A stretch of 32,000 nucleotides of DNA, from NCBI GenBank assembly GCA_049606355.1, contig JBMYVL010000006.1, positions 1 through 32,000 on the forward strand. The letters run 5' to 3'. This stretch comes from Opitutales bacterium (GTDB lineage Bacteria; Verrucomicrobiota; Verrucomicrobiia; Opitutales; Coraliomargaritaceae). This document shows positions 24,055 through 32,000 of this stretch, piece after piece (positions within the stretch are counted from its first letter, which is position 1; each line of letters opens with the position of its first letter). The notes beneath the pieces were generated by a model. It was not told the DNA's origin and ran no database searches. It saw nothing but the letters and a program-made list of their open reading frames with translations. Made by a program: the position numbers and the translations under genes.

Positions 24055-25413
24055 ATGAAAATCTGCTGTATTGGAGCCGGCTACGTGGGTGGACCCACCA
24101 TGGCCATGATTGCCCACAAATGTAAGGACCACACCGTGACGGTGGTGGACATCAACTCAGAGCGTATCGATGCGTGGAACTCGAACACGTTGCCGGTTTA
24201 TGAGCCGGGTCTCGATGCGATCGTACAAGCCGCGCGCGGCCACAACTTATTTTTCTCTACGGATGTAGATAGCGCGATTCGCGAAGCGGAGATGATCTTC
24301 ATTTCTGTGAATACGCCGACCAAGACCTACGGGGTCGGGGCGGGGCGCGCAGCTGACCTGCGCTATATCGAAAAGTGCGCACGTAAGATCGCGGAGGTTT
24401 CCGAGGGCGACAAAATCGTGGTCGAGAAATCGACCCTGCCGGTGCGGACGGCGGAATCCGTGAAGCGTATCCTCGAATCCAATGCCAAAGGGCGCAAATT
24501 TCAGATTCTCTCCAACCCTGAATTCTTAGCCGAGGGCACTGCGGTGCAAGACCTCGAGGCACCGGATCGCGTCTTGATCGGCGGGTCGCAAACTGCGGAT
24601 GGCTTGGCAGCAATTCAGAAGCTAGTGGATGTCTATGCCGCGTGGGTCCCACAGGAGCAAATCATCACCACCAACCTGTGGTCTTCAGAGTTGTCCAAAC
24701 TGACGGCGAATGCCTTTCTGGCGCAGCGGATTTCCTCAATCAATGCGATCTCTGCACTGTGTGAAGCGACCGGGGCGAATGTCGATGAGGTGGCACATGC
24801 GATTGGAACCGACAGCCGTATCGGGCCGAAATTCTTGAAGGCATCGGTCGGCTTTGGTGGCTCCTGCTTCCAAAAGGATATCCTGAATTTGGTTTACCTT
24901 TGTGAGCATTTCGGGCTCCCGGATGTAGCGGCGTATTGGAACAGTGTTATTGAAATGAACGACTACCAGAAGCACCGCTTCGGTCGCCGTATTATCTCAA
25001 CCATGTTCAACACCGTCTCCGATAAGAAAATCGCAGTGCTTGGCTTCGCCTTTAAGAAAGATACCAACGATACCCGTGAGTCGGCGGCGATCTACGTCTG
25101 TGGTGATTTGATCGAAGAGCAGGCGAATCTTTCAGTCTACGATCCAAAAGTATCTGAAGCGCAAATGCGTCGGGATTTAAATTTGGCGGCGGACGACCCG
25201 CGCTTGACGGTGTGTACGGATGCCTATGCGGCAACCAAAGATGCACACGCAGTGTTGATCTTGACGGAATGGGATGAATTCAAGGCGCTCGATTTTGAGA
25301 AGATCTACGACGGGATGCACCTACCGGCCTTCCTCTTTGACGGACGCAACCTGCTTGATTTGGACGCCTTGCGTGCGATCGGGTTTGAGGCCAGTGGCAT
25401 CGGCCGTGGTTAA
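24055..25413 (+). CDS. ugd: UDP-glucose 6-dehydrogenase, long eukaryote-like form
   Basis: 452 aa from the ATG at 24055. [23 protein letters not shown]...VTVVD.N..RI.AWNS.TLP.YEPGL...NLFFST..D.AI.EA...[26 protein letters not shown] is nearly colinear with animal UGDH as I recall it. The catalytic [10 protein letters not shown] is present. Confidence 0.92.
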   Translation: MKICCIGAGYVGGPTMAMIAHKCKDHTVTVVDINSERIDAWNSNTLPVYEPGLDAIVQAARGHNLFFSTDVDSAIREAEMIFISVNTPTKTYGVGAGRAADLRYIEKCARKIAEVSEGDKIVVEKSTLPVRTAESVKRILESNAKGRKFQILSNPEFLAEGTAVQDLEAPDRVLIGGSQTADGLAAIQKLVDVYAAWVPQEQIITTNLWSSELSKLTANAFLAQRISSINAISALCEATGANVDEVAHAIGTDSRIGPKFLKASVGFGGSCFQKDILNLVYLCEHFGLPDVAAYWNSVIEMNDYQKHRFGRRIISTMFNTVSDKKIAVLGFAFKKDTNDTRESAAIYVCGDLIEEQANLSVYDPKVSEAQMRRDLNLAADDPRLTVCTDAYAATKDAHAVLILTEWDEFKALDFEKIYDGMHLPAFLFDGRNLLDLDALRAIGFEASGIGRG

Positions 25414-25532
25414 GGGTCGGCTAAATCGGCTGTTTGACTGGCGTGGCTTGTCATCACTTACCGGTTGCCAGCCCACGGCTCGCCGCTTTCACTGCACCTT
25501 TTAATTTTCAACGACTCTCTATTAAACTGACT

Positions 25533-26711
25533 ATGATCGTAAAACCCCGCATTCGAGGATTTGTTTGCATCACGGCGCACCCAACAGGCTGTGCGGCCAA
25601 GGTGCAGCAGGAAATTGCCGTCGCTCAAGCCGCCAAGCAAGCAGGAGGGCCGAAGAAGGTTCTCGTGATCGGCGCTTCGACTGGCTACGGCTTGTCATCA
25701 CGCATTGCTGCTGCCTTTGGTCACGATGCCGCGACCTTGGGGGTGTTTTTTGAGCGGCCATCGCTCAAGGGGAAACCGGCCAGCGCAGGTTGGTATAATT
25801 CGGTTGCTTTTGAGCAAGCCGCCCACGACGCCGGCCTCTATGCAAAAAGTATTAACGGCGATGCCTTTTCCAATGAAGTCAAGCAACAGACGATCGACAC
25901 CATCAAAGCCGATCTCGGCCAGGTGGATCTGGTGATCTATAGCTTGGCCTCACCGCGTCGTACCGATCCGGCCAATGGTGAGACCTACAAGTCCTGTTTG
26001 AAGCCGATTGGCCAGACTTACAGTAATCGTACGCTGGATACCGACAAAGCACAGGTGAGCGAAGTGACCATAGAACCGGCAACCGATCAGGAAGCTGCGG
26101 ACACGGTTAAGGTGATGGGCGGCGAGGACTGGGAGCTTTGGATGCAGGCGCTCGCGCAAGCGGGCGTGTTGGCGCCGGCTGCGAAGACGGTGGCGTATTC
26201 CTACATTGGGCCGGAAATCACATGGCCGGTGTATACGAACGGAACTATCGGAGCTGCGAAAAAAGATGTCGAGCGGGCGGCTGAGGCGATCCGTGCGGCG
26301 TATGGCTGTGAGGCCTACGTTTCCGTCAATAAGGCAGTGGTGACGCAGGCGAGCTCCGCGATTCCTGTGGTGCCCTTGTATATTTCGATTCTATTTAAAA
26401 TCATGAAGGCCAAGGGCACCCACGAAGACTGTATTGAGCAGGCGGTGCGCTTACTGAATGAGCGGCTCTACGGCGGTGACCTGCAGCTCGATGCGACCGG
26501 CCGCATTCGTATTGATGACTGGGAAATGGCACCCGAGATTCAGGCTGCGGTAGAAGAAATTTGGCCAAAGATTACCAGCGAATCGCTCACTGAGCTTTCC
26601 GATTTTGAGGGCTATCAGAAAAACTTCCTCAACCTCTTTGGCTTTGAAATCGACGGGGTTGATTACGAGGCGGAGGTCGAAGTGGATCTACCGATGCCCA
26701 GTATCGGCTAA
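25533..26711 (+). CDS. fabV: Enoyl-[acyl-carrier-protein] reductase FabV (trans-2-enoyl-CoA reductase family)
   Basis: 392 aa from the ATG at 25533. [54 protein letters not shown] and [13 protein letters not shown] are hallmark FabV/TER blocks. Confidence 0.92.
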   Translation: MIVKPRIRGFVCITAHPTGCAAKVQQEIAVAQAAKQAGGPKKVLVIGASTGYGLSSRIAAAFGHDAATLGVFFERPSLKGKPASAGWYNSVAFEQAAHDAGLYAKSINGDAFSNEVKQQTIDTIKADLGQVDLVIYSLASPRRTDPANGETYKSCLKPIGQTYSNRTLDTDKAQVSEVTIEPATDQEAADTVKVMGGEDWELWMQALAQAGVLAPAAKTVAYSYIGPEITWPVYTNGTIGAAKKDVERAAEAIRAAYGCEAYVSVNKAVVTQASSAIPVVPLYISILFKIMKAKGTHEDCIEQAVRLLNERLYGGDLQLDATGRIRIDDWEMAPEIQAAVEEIWPKITSESLTELSDFEGYQKNFLNLFGFEIDGVDYEAEVEVDLPMPSIG

Positions 26712-29700
26712 AGTTCAACGCACTCGGCCGGTGCAGTAAAGACGAGGAGTAGGCTGATGGTGCCCTGCGGGATGCCTGTGAGCGCGGCAAGTGCCTTGCG
26801 GTAGGCTTCCATTTGTGGGCGATGTTTTTCGGTCGCGTCCTGGAGTGTATTCGACGGGTGGATACGATCGGTTTTGAAGTCGAGGATGACTGCACGGTCA
26901 AAGTCTCCGGATGGGCTGCGGTATAGTTGCACGCGATCAAAGACTCCATTGATCAATTGCTGCTCATCAATGAGGCTAAACGCTTTCTCGCGCCACACGA
27001 CTGCGTCGGCATCACTGCAAGTGAAGTGCGCACGAATTGCCGGATTTTGGAAGCATTTTTCAATACAGTTGCGCACGGCTGCGGATTCGATCTTGGCGCG
27101 TAGAGTGTCGAGTGTGGATGGCTGCCACCATTCAATTTGCTCAAAAGCATCGTGCACCGCGGTGCCAAATTCGCTGGCAGTTTCACTGAGGTCAAAAAAG
27201 GTGCGAGCCGGTATGCGGAGCTGCTTGCTCGAAGAGGGGCGCATGAGTTGCAGGCGCGGGTGTACGGCTGGATACGCTTCCGCAACGGGCGCAGTCCCGT
27301 GCGCTTCACTTGGGCTGGCTTCCGGCTGAAACGAGTCCGCCCAGTTCGGGTCCCCAGTCTCCCAGAGTAGACCGTTCGCGGTAGCGGTACTGCCGAGGCG
27401 TTCCCTTAGATAGTGAACGGTCGAGCCCTGGCTGACGCGTTCCAGGTCACTGATCATGTACAGGCCACGTTTGGCCCGAGTCATGCCGACATAAAGGGCG
27501 CACAGTCTGCCGAAACCAGATTGGCTTTTCGTTTGGTCGTGGAGTTGTGAGAGCTGAGGGTCCGCCTGCATCAACTCTTTTTTGATGGGCTCCATGAGCC
27601 AATCGGTTTCCCCCTGCGGGTTGGTTTTGGGGCTGATGCGCTGCTCGTTTCGCACGCTCGTGTCTTCGTTGATGAGGAGGACGAGGTCATATTCCAGACC
27701 TTTGGATTTATGGATCGTCTCGACAATAATCGCATCGCCGGGTGCGCACTCACCACTCTTTGAATCCTTCAAGTAGTGGATCAGGGCATCGATGCTGCGT
27801 TGCTCTTCTCGATCAAAGCGACGCGCTGCTTCGATGAGCGTTTGTAGTCGCTGTCGATGGCGCTCGTCCTCTTGGGGGAGGTGTTGGCTGATGGCGTCGC
27901 ATGCCCAACGCACCGCTGATTCGTGGCTGTCTTGCAACAGGCGTTGCCGCAGTGCATCGGTCTGGCTGGATAAGGCGACTCCCTCTGTAGACGCGTCAAT
28001 GCATCTGAGGAAGCCTCTGGCGTGCGCATCGCCTGGGTGTGCGGCGCAACGCAGCATTGCAAGCAGAGCAGCTCCAGCGGCGTTGTCCGTCGCCGGTTGA
28101 ATCGCGGACCCGGTGTGTACCGGAAAATCACTGTGTTCGCGCAAGTAGGCAGCGATTTCATTGGCATGCGCATTCTTACGTACCAAGATACCCACACTCA
28201 TACCGCGTTGGATCGGCTGAATCGTTTCGAGTAGCTGCAAGATTTGTTCGTTGCGCGTCGGGCTATCGTTTTTCTGCACCTGCATCCAACAGGCGTAACC
28301 ACTCAGGTCTTGAGTCTTTGGGGAGGGGACGTGTGGCTCCCAAGAACGTTGCCAGCGTTCTGCCGCATCTGGAGAGAAGGTCTCCGCGATAAGAGCCGGA
28401 TCCTCGAAGACTTCGTTCACTGCATCCAGTATTGCCGGAGCGGAACGCCACGAAGTACTTAAGCTCTGCGGCTCGATGTTGGAATATCGCTGACGGATTT
28501 CGTGAAATAGGCGGTCATCGCTATTGCGCCATAAGTAAAGGCATTGCTTGGTATCGCCGACATAAAATAACGAGCGTTGTCCCGAGTCATCTTGTACGAC
28601 CTCATCGATCAAGGTTTCAACCACCTGCCACTGCGACCGGCTAGTATCCTGAAACTCGTCGAACAACCAGTGGTCGTAGTGCCCATCGAGGCGGTAGTCC
28701 ATGAGGGCGCGACTATCGGCATCCATCTGCGCTAGCGGAGAACCGGCCGCTGCGGGAGCGAGTAGGTGGGTGAGATCCGCAAAGGCAAGGCGGCCGGGTC
28801 GACGCACGATGCGGTCGTAGCTTTGGTGGTATGCCTGTAGTACTCGATACACGCCTTGGGTGTTTTGCAGCGCGCGGTGTAAGTGATGCCAGAAAATCGC
28901 CTGTACAATGGCAGCCAGTGCCTGTGCCGAACGCCCGGTGAGAGGAACGAGATTATTTTTGCCGCGACCACTGCGGAGCGTGACTTGTCCGGCAAATAGC
29001 TCGTCGGCCTGGGCGATTGCGCGATCGATCAAAGTCGTGGTTTTCTCGTTCTTCCCGTATGCGCGCACTTTGTCTGCGAGCGCGTGAAAATCATTTTCCT
29101 GCGAACGGCTGAGGCCTTCCGGGATGCACGTCAACCAAGCTTCGGCAAGTTGCTCCCAGTCGATACGCTTTGTGTGTGCCCATTGGCACTGCTTCGGCCA
29201 GATGCGCTCCATTTGCCCCCACTTCTCCGGGTCTGGCGCTTCTAAGAAGTGGGAATAGAGGTCTTTAATGAATCCACTCACCGTGCCTTCGACACGGCGT
29301 GTATCCTGTCCATAGGTAGCTTGCCGAAAGGCATGCCAGAACTCATTCAGCTCACTGCTCGAATCATCGAATTGATAAATGATGTGGTCGCGCGCTTCCT
29401 TGCGCATCCGTAGTTCAGCACCTTCATCCATCAGCTTAAGGTTGCCGGGGAGTCCGAGTTCGAGTGAGAACGCCGACACCATGCGAAAGAAAAAGCTGTC
29501 GAGGGTTTGCAGATTGAGCCGATGCATCTGCTGTATCACACAGCTCAATAAAGTGTGGTAGCGTGCACGGTCCGCATCGATCTGAAGTTGCGAAGAGAGC
29601 TCAGTCGCACCTGCTTCGCTTGCCGCTGCGGTGGCTAGTTTTTGAATGATGTGGTGGAAGAATTCACCTGCAGCGGAGCGCGTAAAGGTTAGGGCAATAA

Positions 29701-29812
29701 TCCGTTCCGGCTGCTCAGTGAGGTGCAAGAGGTAGATGAAGCGATTGGTCAGGTTGTAGGTTTTCCCTGAGCCGGCCGAGGCCGCAATGGCGATGTTTTG
29801 CAGGGACTTCAT
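26708..29812 (-). CDS. addA: UvrD/Rep-type helicase with C-terminal PD-(D/E)XK nuclease, AddA-like
   Basis: 1034 aa. [12 protein letters not shown] is the Walker A motif. DEFQDTS is helicase motif [14 protein letters not shown] is motif III, and [12 protein letters not shown] and [12 protein letters not shown] are motifs V and VI. The C-terminal GVFDRV...AVILDFKTD is the nuclease motif. It overlaps the upstream AddB-like gene by 4 nt. Confidence 0.8.
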   Translation of the reverse strand: MKSLQNIAIAASAGSGKTYNLTNRFIYLLHLTEQPERIIALTFTRSAAGEFFHHIIQKLATAAASEAGATELSSQLQIDADRARYHTLLSCVIQQMHRLNLQTLDSFFFRMVSAFSLELGLPGNLKLMDEGAELRMRKEARDHIIYQFDDSSSELNEFWHAFRQATYGQDTRRVEGTVSGFIKDLYSHFLEAPDPEKWGQMERIWPKQCQWAHTKRIDWEQLAEAWLTCIPEGLSRSQENDFHALADKVRAYGKNEKTTTLIDRAIAQADELFAGQVTLRSGRGKNNLVPLTGRSAQALAAIVQAIFWHHLHRALQNTQGVYRVLQAYHQSYDRIVRRPGRLAFADLTHLLAPAAAGSPLAQMDADSRALMDYRLDGHYDHWLFDEFQDTSRSQWQVVETLIDEVVQDDSGQRSLFYVGDTKQCLYLWRNSDDRLFHEIRQRYSNIEPQSLSTSWRSAPAILDAVNEVFEDPALIAETFSPDAAERWQRSWEPHVPSPKTQDLSGYACWMQVQKNDSPTRNEQILQLLETIQPIQRGMSVGILVRKNAHANEIAAYLREHSDFPVHTGSAIQPATDNAAGAALLAMLRCAAHPGDAHARGFLRCIDASTEGVALSSQTDALRQRLLQDSHESAVRWACDAISQHLPQEDERHRQRLQTLIEAARRFDREEQRSIDALIHYLKDSKSGECAPGDAIIVETIHKSKGLEYDLVLLINEDTSVRNEQRISPKTNPQGETDWLMEPIKKELMQADPQLSQLHDQTKSQSGFGRLCALYVGMTRAKRGLYMISDLERVSQGSTVHYLRERLGSTATANGLLWETGDPNWADSFQPEASPSEAHGTAPVAEAYPAVHPRLQLMRPSSSKQLRIPARTFFDLSETASEFGTAVHDAFEQIEWWQPSTLDTLRAKIESAAVRNCIEKCFQNPAIRAHFTCSDADAVVWREKAFSLIDEQQLINGVFDRVQLYRSPSGDFDRAVILDFKTDRIHPSNTLQDATEKHRPQMEAYRKALAALTGIPQGTISLLLVFTAPAECVEL

Positions 29813-32000
29813 GCAAAGGTGTAATTTTCAAACGCGCCCGATTGCACCGTTTTCTCGATGCCGTCGGGGAAGTATGCGGCAAAGTCATCAAACGCTTCCG
29901 GGATGTCGTTACTTGGTGGCCAAAACTGCCCTGCTTGAATGCGGCGAATCACTGCTGCGGCGCAGGCATAGGCCGAATCCAAATGCGCTTCCGTTAAGTC
30001 GTGCCACCGGGCGAACTCACTTTTGTCGAGTGTTTTGGCTAAATTAAAATAGGCAACGCGGATGTTTGCTTTGCCCGTAGATCGCATGGCTAGCGCATAC
30101 AGGGGCAGCTGCAGGTTTATCCAGCGGTAGGTTTTTCCGTCCAATTCGAAAAGGGCCTCTTCCGGCACATGTGTCGGGAGGCCTTTCTTGCCTAGTTGTA
30201 CCAAGTGCGCTTGCTGTGGATTTTTGGGAGTATCGCTGGTCTTATAGTCAATCAACTCAATGAGCTCATCACGCTGATCTGTACGATCAATGCGTCCCTT
30301 TATTTGGACGCCTTCAATAGAGAAATTATCAAAGGCAACTTCGGTATCCAGAATGTGGGTACAGCCGTTTGCTTCAATATCTTCGATCTGTCGTTCGCAA
30401 AATGCGCTGAGCCGTGCGAGTAAGGATTCTTTTTGCAGTCTTAATGCGAAAGACAGGTGTTTGCCGTAGCGGTGTTGAATTTTTTGTTCGGCGATGGCGT
30501 GCAGCTTTTCGATGAGGCCGTGGGCCGTAGTCTGCTGGGTGAGGTGTCTACCCTTGAGCTCCTCGACAACATCATGAAATAGATTGCCAAACGTAGCGGC
30601 ACTGAGCTCGCGTGTTTCGACATCGATCGGGCGCATACGCAGCACTTCTTTTAGAAAAAAGCGAAAGGGGCAGGTTAAGTAACTGGTCAGTGCGCTCACT
30701 GATATAGAGTCGGGGCGCGACAACCGAGGGGGTGCTCTCAGTTTCCAAGGGAGGGTATGCGAACCATGGCTGCGGATGTTCGCTGCTGTACCGAATAATT
30801 TCTGCGTGCGCGGCACGAGGGTATCTGCGCTCCCCAGGAACAGTAAGCGTGAGGGTTTCAGTGGCGAACCATCCGCGGTCGTTTGTGGGACCAAGAGTTC
30901 GATGCGCCCACTTTGGCGGCGCCGTTGGCACAAGGCCTCGAGTAAATAAGCGTCGCGTGCGAAACGCTGAGCGTTGGTACGCAGTCCCAGGGCGTCGCGT
31001 AAGCTTTCCGGGAGGAAGGCATCGCCAACGATTGATTCAGGTACAATGGTTTCGTTGATACCGGCGAGAATCAGGTGTGGGGCATCATTCCAAAGCAGCT
31101 CGAGCCAGCCCAGCAAGTCATGCGCGTTTTCAGGACGTTCGGGATAGACCACCGCTTGTCGCAGTGTCTGCTGGAAGGCTGATCGGATGAATTGCGCAGG
31201 CAATTTTGGAAATAGGGTCTCCGCTTGGTGCGCTTGGTCGAGCAGCTTGCGAATCGCTCCGGCGCGCGCTTGCCAATTCGCAGTTTGTGGATTGCCCAAT
31301 TCGATTTCGCGTTCGCTATAGATGGTTTGTAGGGCGGTTGCCAGTGCCGGTGCAAAGGGTTCCTGGGGGGTAGCCAGAGAGCGCTCCAGCTGCTTGAGCT
31401 GTTTGAGCGCAGCGCTCAATGCGGGATCTTTACTGAAGCGAAGGAGTGCGGGCAAATCCGCTGCCAAATGGCGCTCAAAAACTGTATCCACTTGGCTTAG
31501 GAGTTTTTCCTGTGTGTCCGTTACACCCAACCAATGCACGATATCGGGATGCTGCAGTAAGGTTCGAATCGTCGACGTGTGGCTGCCTTCGGCTAATTCG
31601 CAGAGGAGTTCGGCGAGGCGTCCGACCCCTCCCAATTGCAGCATTTCGCCCTCTGGATTATAAAACGGAATGTGCTGTGCGCGCAGTGTATCTCCGACGG
31701 TTGGGTTTAAGGCAGGATCGGCGAGGCCGATGAGCACGGATTCAGGTGCGGCCTTTTGGGTTGCCTGTGCGATGTGTGCCGCGGTTTGTTGGGCATCCGG
31801 GAAGGATTGTAAGTGGCAGTTCCAAGCTTCCAGATCCATTGCCCGCGCGGTCCATGGATCGGTGTGGGGGCGCCCCCAGTCATCAAAGAGTTCGGCATCC
31901 GGCCCATAAATCCAAACGTCGACCGGGGTGGTGTGCGCCGCTTGTTGCAGTGCCTTCAGCGCGAGGGGTTGAGGATCGGGTGTCGCGACGAGGATGATAC
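29809..32000 (-). CDS. AddB-like PD-(D/E)XK nuclease subunit (5' end lies beyond the right edge)
   Basis: The track ORF starts at the Met at 31839. My reverse translation of 31840-32000 stays open in the same frame (...IILVATPDPQPLALKALQQAAHTTPVDVWIYGPDAELFDDWGRPHTDPWTARA-MDLEAW), so the gene very likely continues out of the window. The C-terminal GRIDRTDQ...LIELIDYKTS is a PD-(D/E)XK motif. Confidence 0.7.
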   Translation of the reverse strand, partial: IILVATPDPQPLALKALQQAAHTTPVDVWIYGPDAELFDDWGRPHTDPWTARAMDLEAWNCHLQSFPDAQQTAAHIAQATQKAAPESVLIGLADPALNPTVGDTLRAQHIPFYNPEGEMLQLGGVGRLAELLCELAEGSHTSTIRTLLQHPDIVHWLGVTDTQEKLLSQVDTVFERHLAADLPALLRFSKDPALSAALKQLKQLERSLATPQEPFAPALATALQTIYSEREIELGNPQTANWQARAGAIRKLLDQAHQAETLFPKLPAQFIRSAFQQTLRQAVVYPERPENAHDLLGWLELLWNDAPHLILAGINETIVPESIVGDAFLPESLRDALGLRTNAQRFARDAYLLEALCQRRRQSGRIELLVPQTTADGSPLKPSRLLFLGSADTLVPRTQKLFGTAANIRSHGSHTLPWKLRAPPRLSRPDSISVSALTSYLTCPFRFFLKEVLRMRPIDVETRELSAATFGNLFHDVVEELKGRHLTQQTTAHGLIEKLHAIAEQKIQHRYGKHLSFALRLQKESLLARLSAFCERQIEDIEANGCTHILDTEVAFDNFSIEGVQIKGRIDRTDQRDELIELIDYKTSDTPKNPQQAHLVQLGKKGLPTHVPEEALFELDGKTYRWINLQLPLYALAMRSTGKANIRVAYFNLAKTLDKSEFARWHDLTEAHLDSAYACAAAVIRRIQAGQFWPPSNDIPEAFDDFAAYFPDGIEKTVQSGAFENYTFA

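Noticed and set aside
19828-25413. Eukaryotic contamination or mis-assembly as the explanation for the animal-like NOS, H-NOX/H-NOXA and UGDH sequences
   Set aside because: The genes are intron-less, tightly packed and overlapping (H-NOX and the kinase share 11 nt). They are fused to bacterial HisKA/HATPase/receiver domains. The NOS is of the bacterial oxygenase-only type. They are flanked contiguously by bacterial proS and fabV, with similar composition.
1-32000. CRISPR arrays, rRNA and tRNA genes, integrons, prophage or integrase genes
   Set aside because: I saw no regularly spaced direct repeats, no cloverleaf-like or rRNA-like conserved segments, and no integrase or phage structural ORFs while scanning both strands. 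The only mobile DNA is the IS3 remnant.

Overview
32-kb bacterial chromosomal segment from a Gram-negative-type organism (lipid A and LPS-core genes present), in three blocks. (1) 1-15.5 kb is a mostly minus-strand LPS-core-type glycan locus. It holds a DegT-family aminotransferase fragment, two Kdo/WaaP-type kinases (one fused to a ~450-aa TIM-barrel-like domain), five GT-B (GT4-like) glycosyltransferases, a WaaE/KdtX-like GT2, a GT90 (CAP10-like) enzyme and an LpxL-family acyltransferase. A visibly AT-richer island (~4.8-9.9 kb) interrupts it and carries a GT4, an FkbM methyltransferase, a decayed IS3-family element, a GT8-like gene and a GT42/DUF115-like gene. No wzx/wzy/wzz or ABC exporter is in the window. 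(2) 15.5-19.6 kb holds a Phd/YefM-VapC toxin-antitoxin pair, serS, a small two-TM protein and an archaeal/eukaryote-type proS. (3) 19.8-23.9 kb is the most unusual part: four same-strand genes encoding an H-NOX haem NO sensor, a soluble hybrid histidine kinase whose N-terminus looks like the H-NOXA domain of soluble guanylate cyclase, a stand-alone bacterial nitric oxide synthase oxygenase, and a signal-peptide-bearing Bcp-type peroxiredoxin. This looks like a self-contained make-NO / sense-NO / detoxify module. It is followed by an animal-like UDP-glucose 6-dehydrogenase, FabV, and a convergent AddA/AddB-like helicase-nuclease pair that runs off the right edge. I recognised no rRNA, tRNA or CRISPR array. 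All calls rest on reading the translations and recalling family motifs; no database search was possible.
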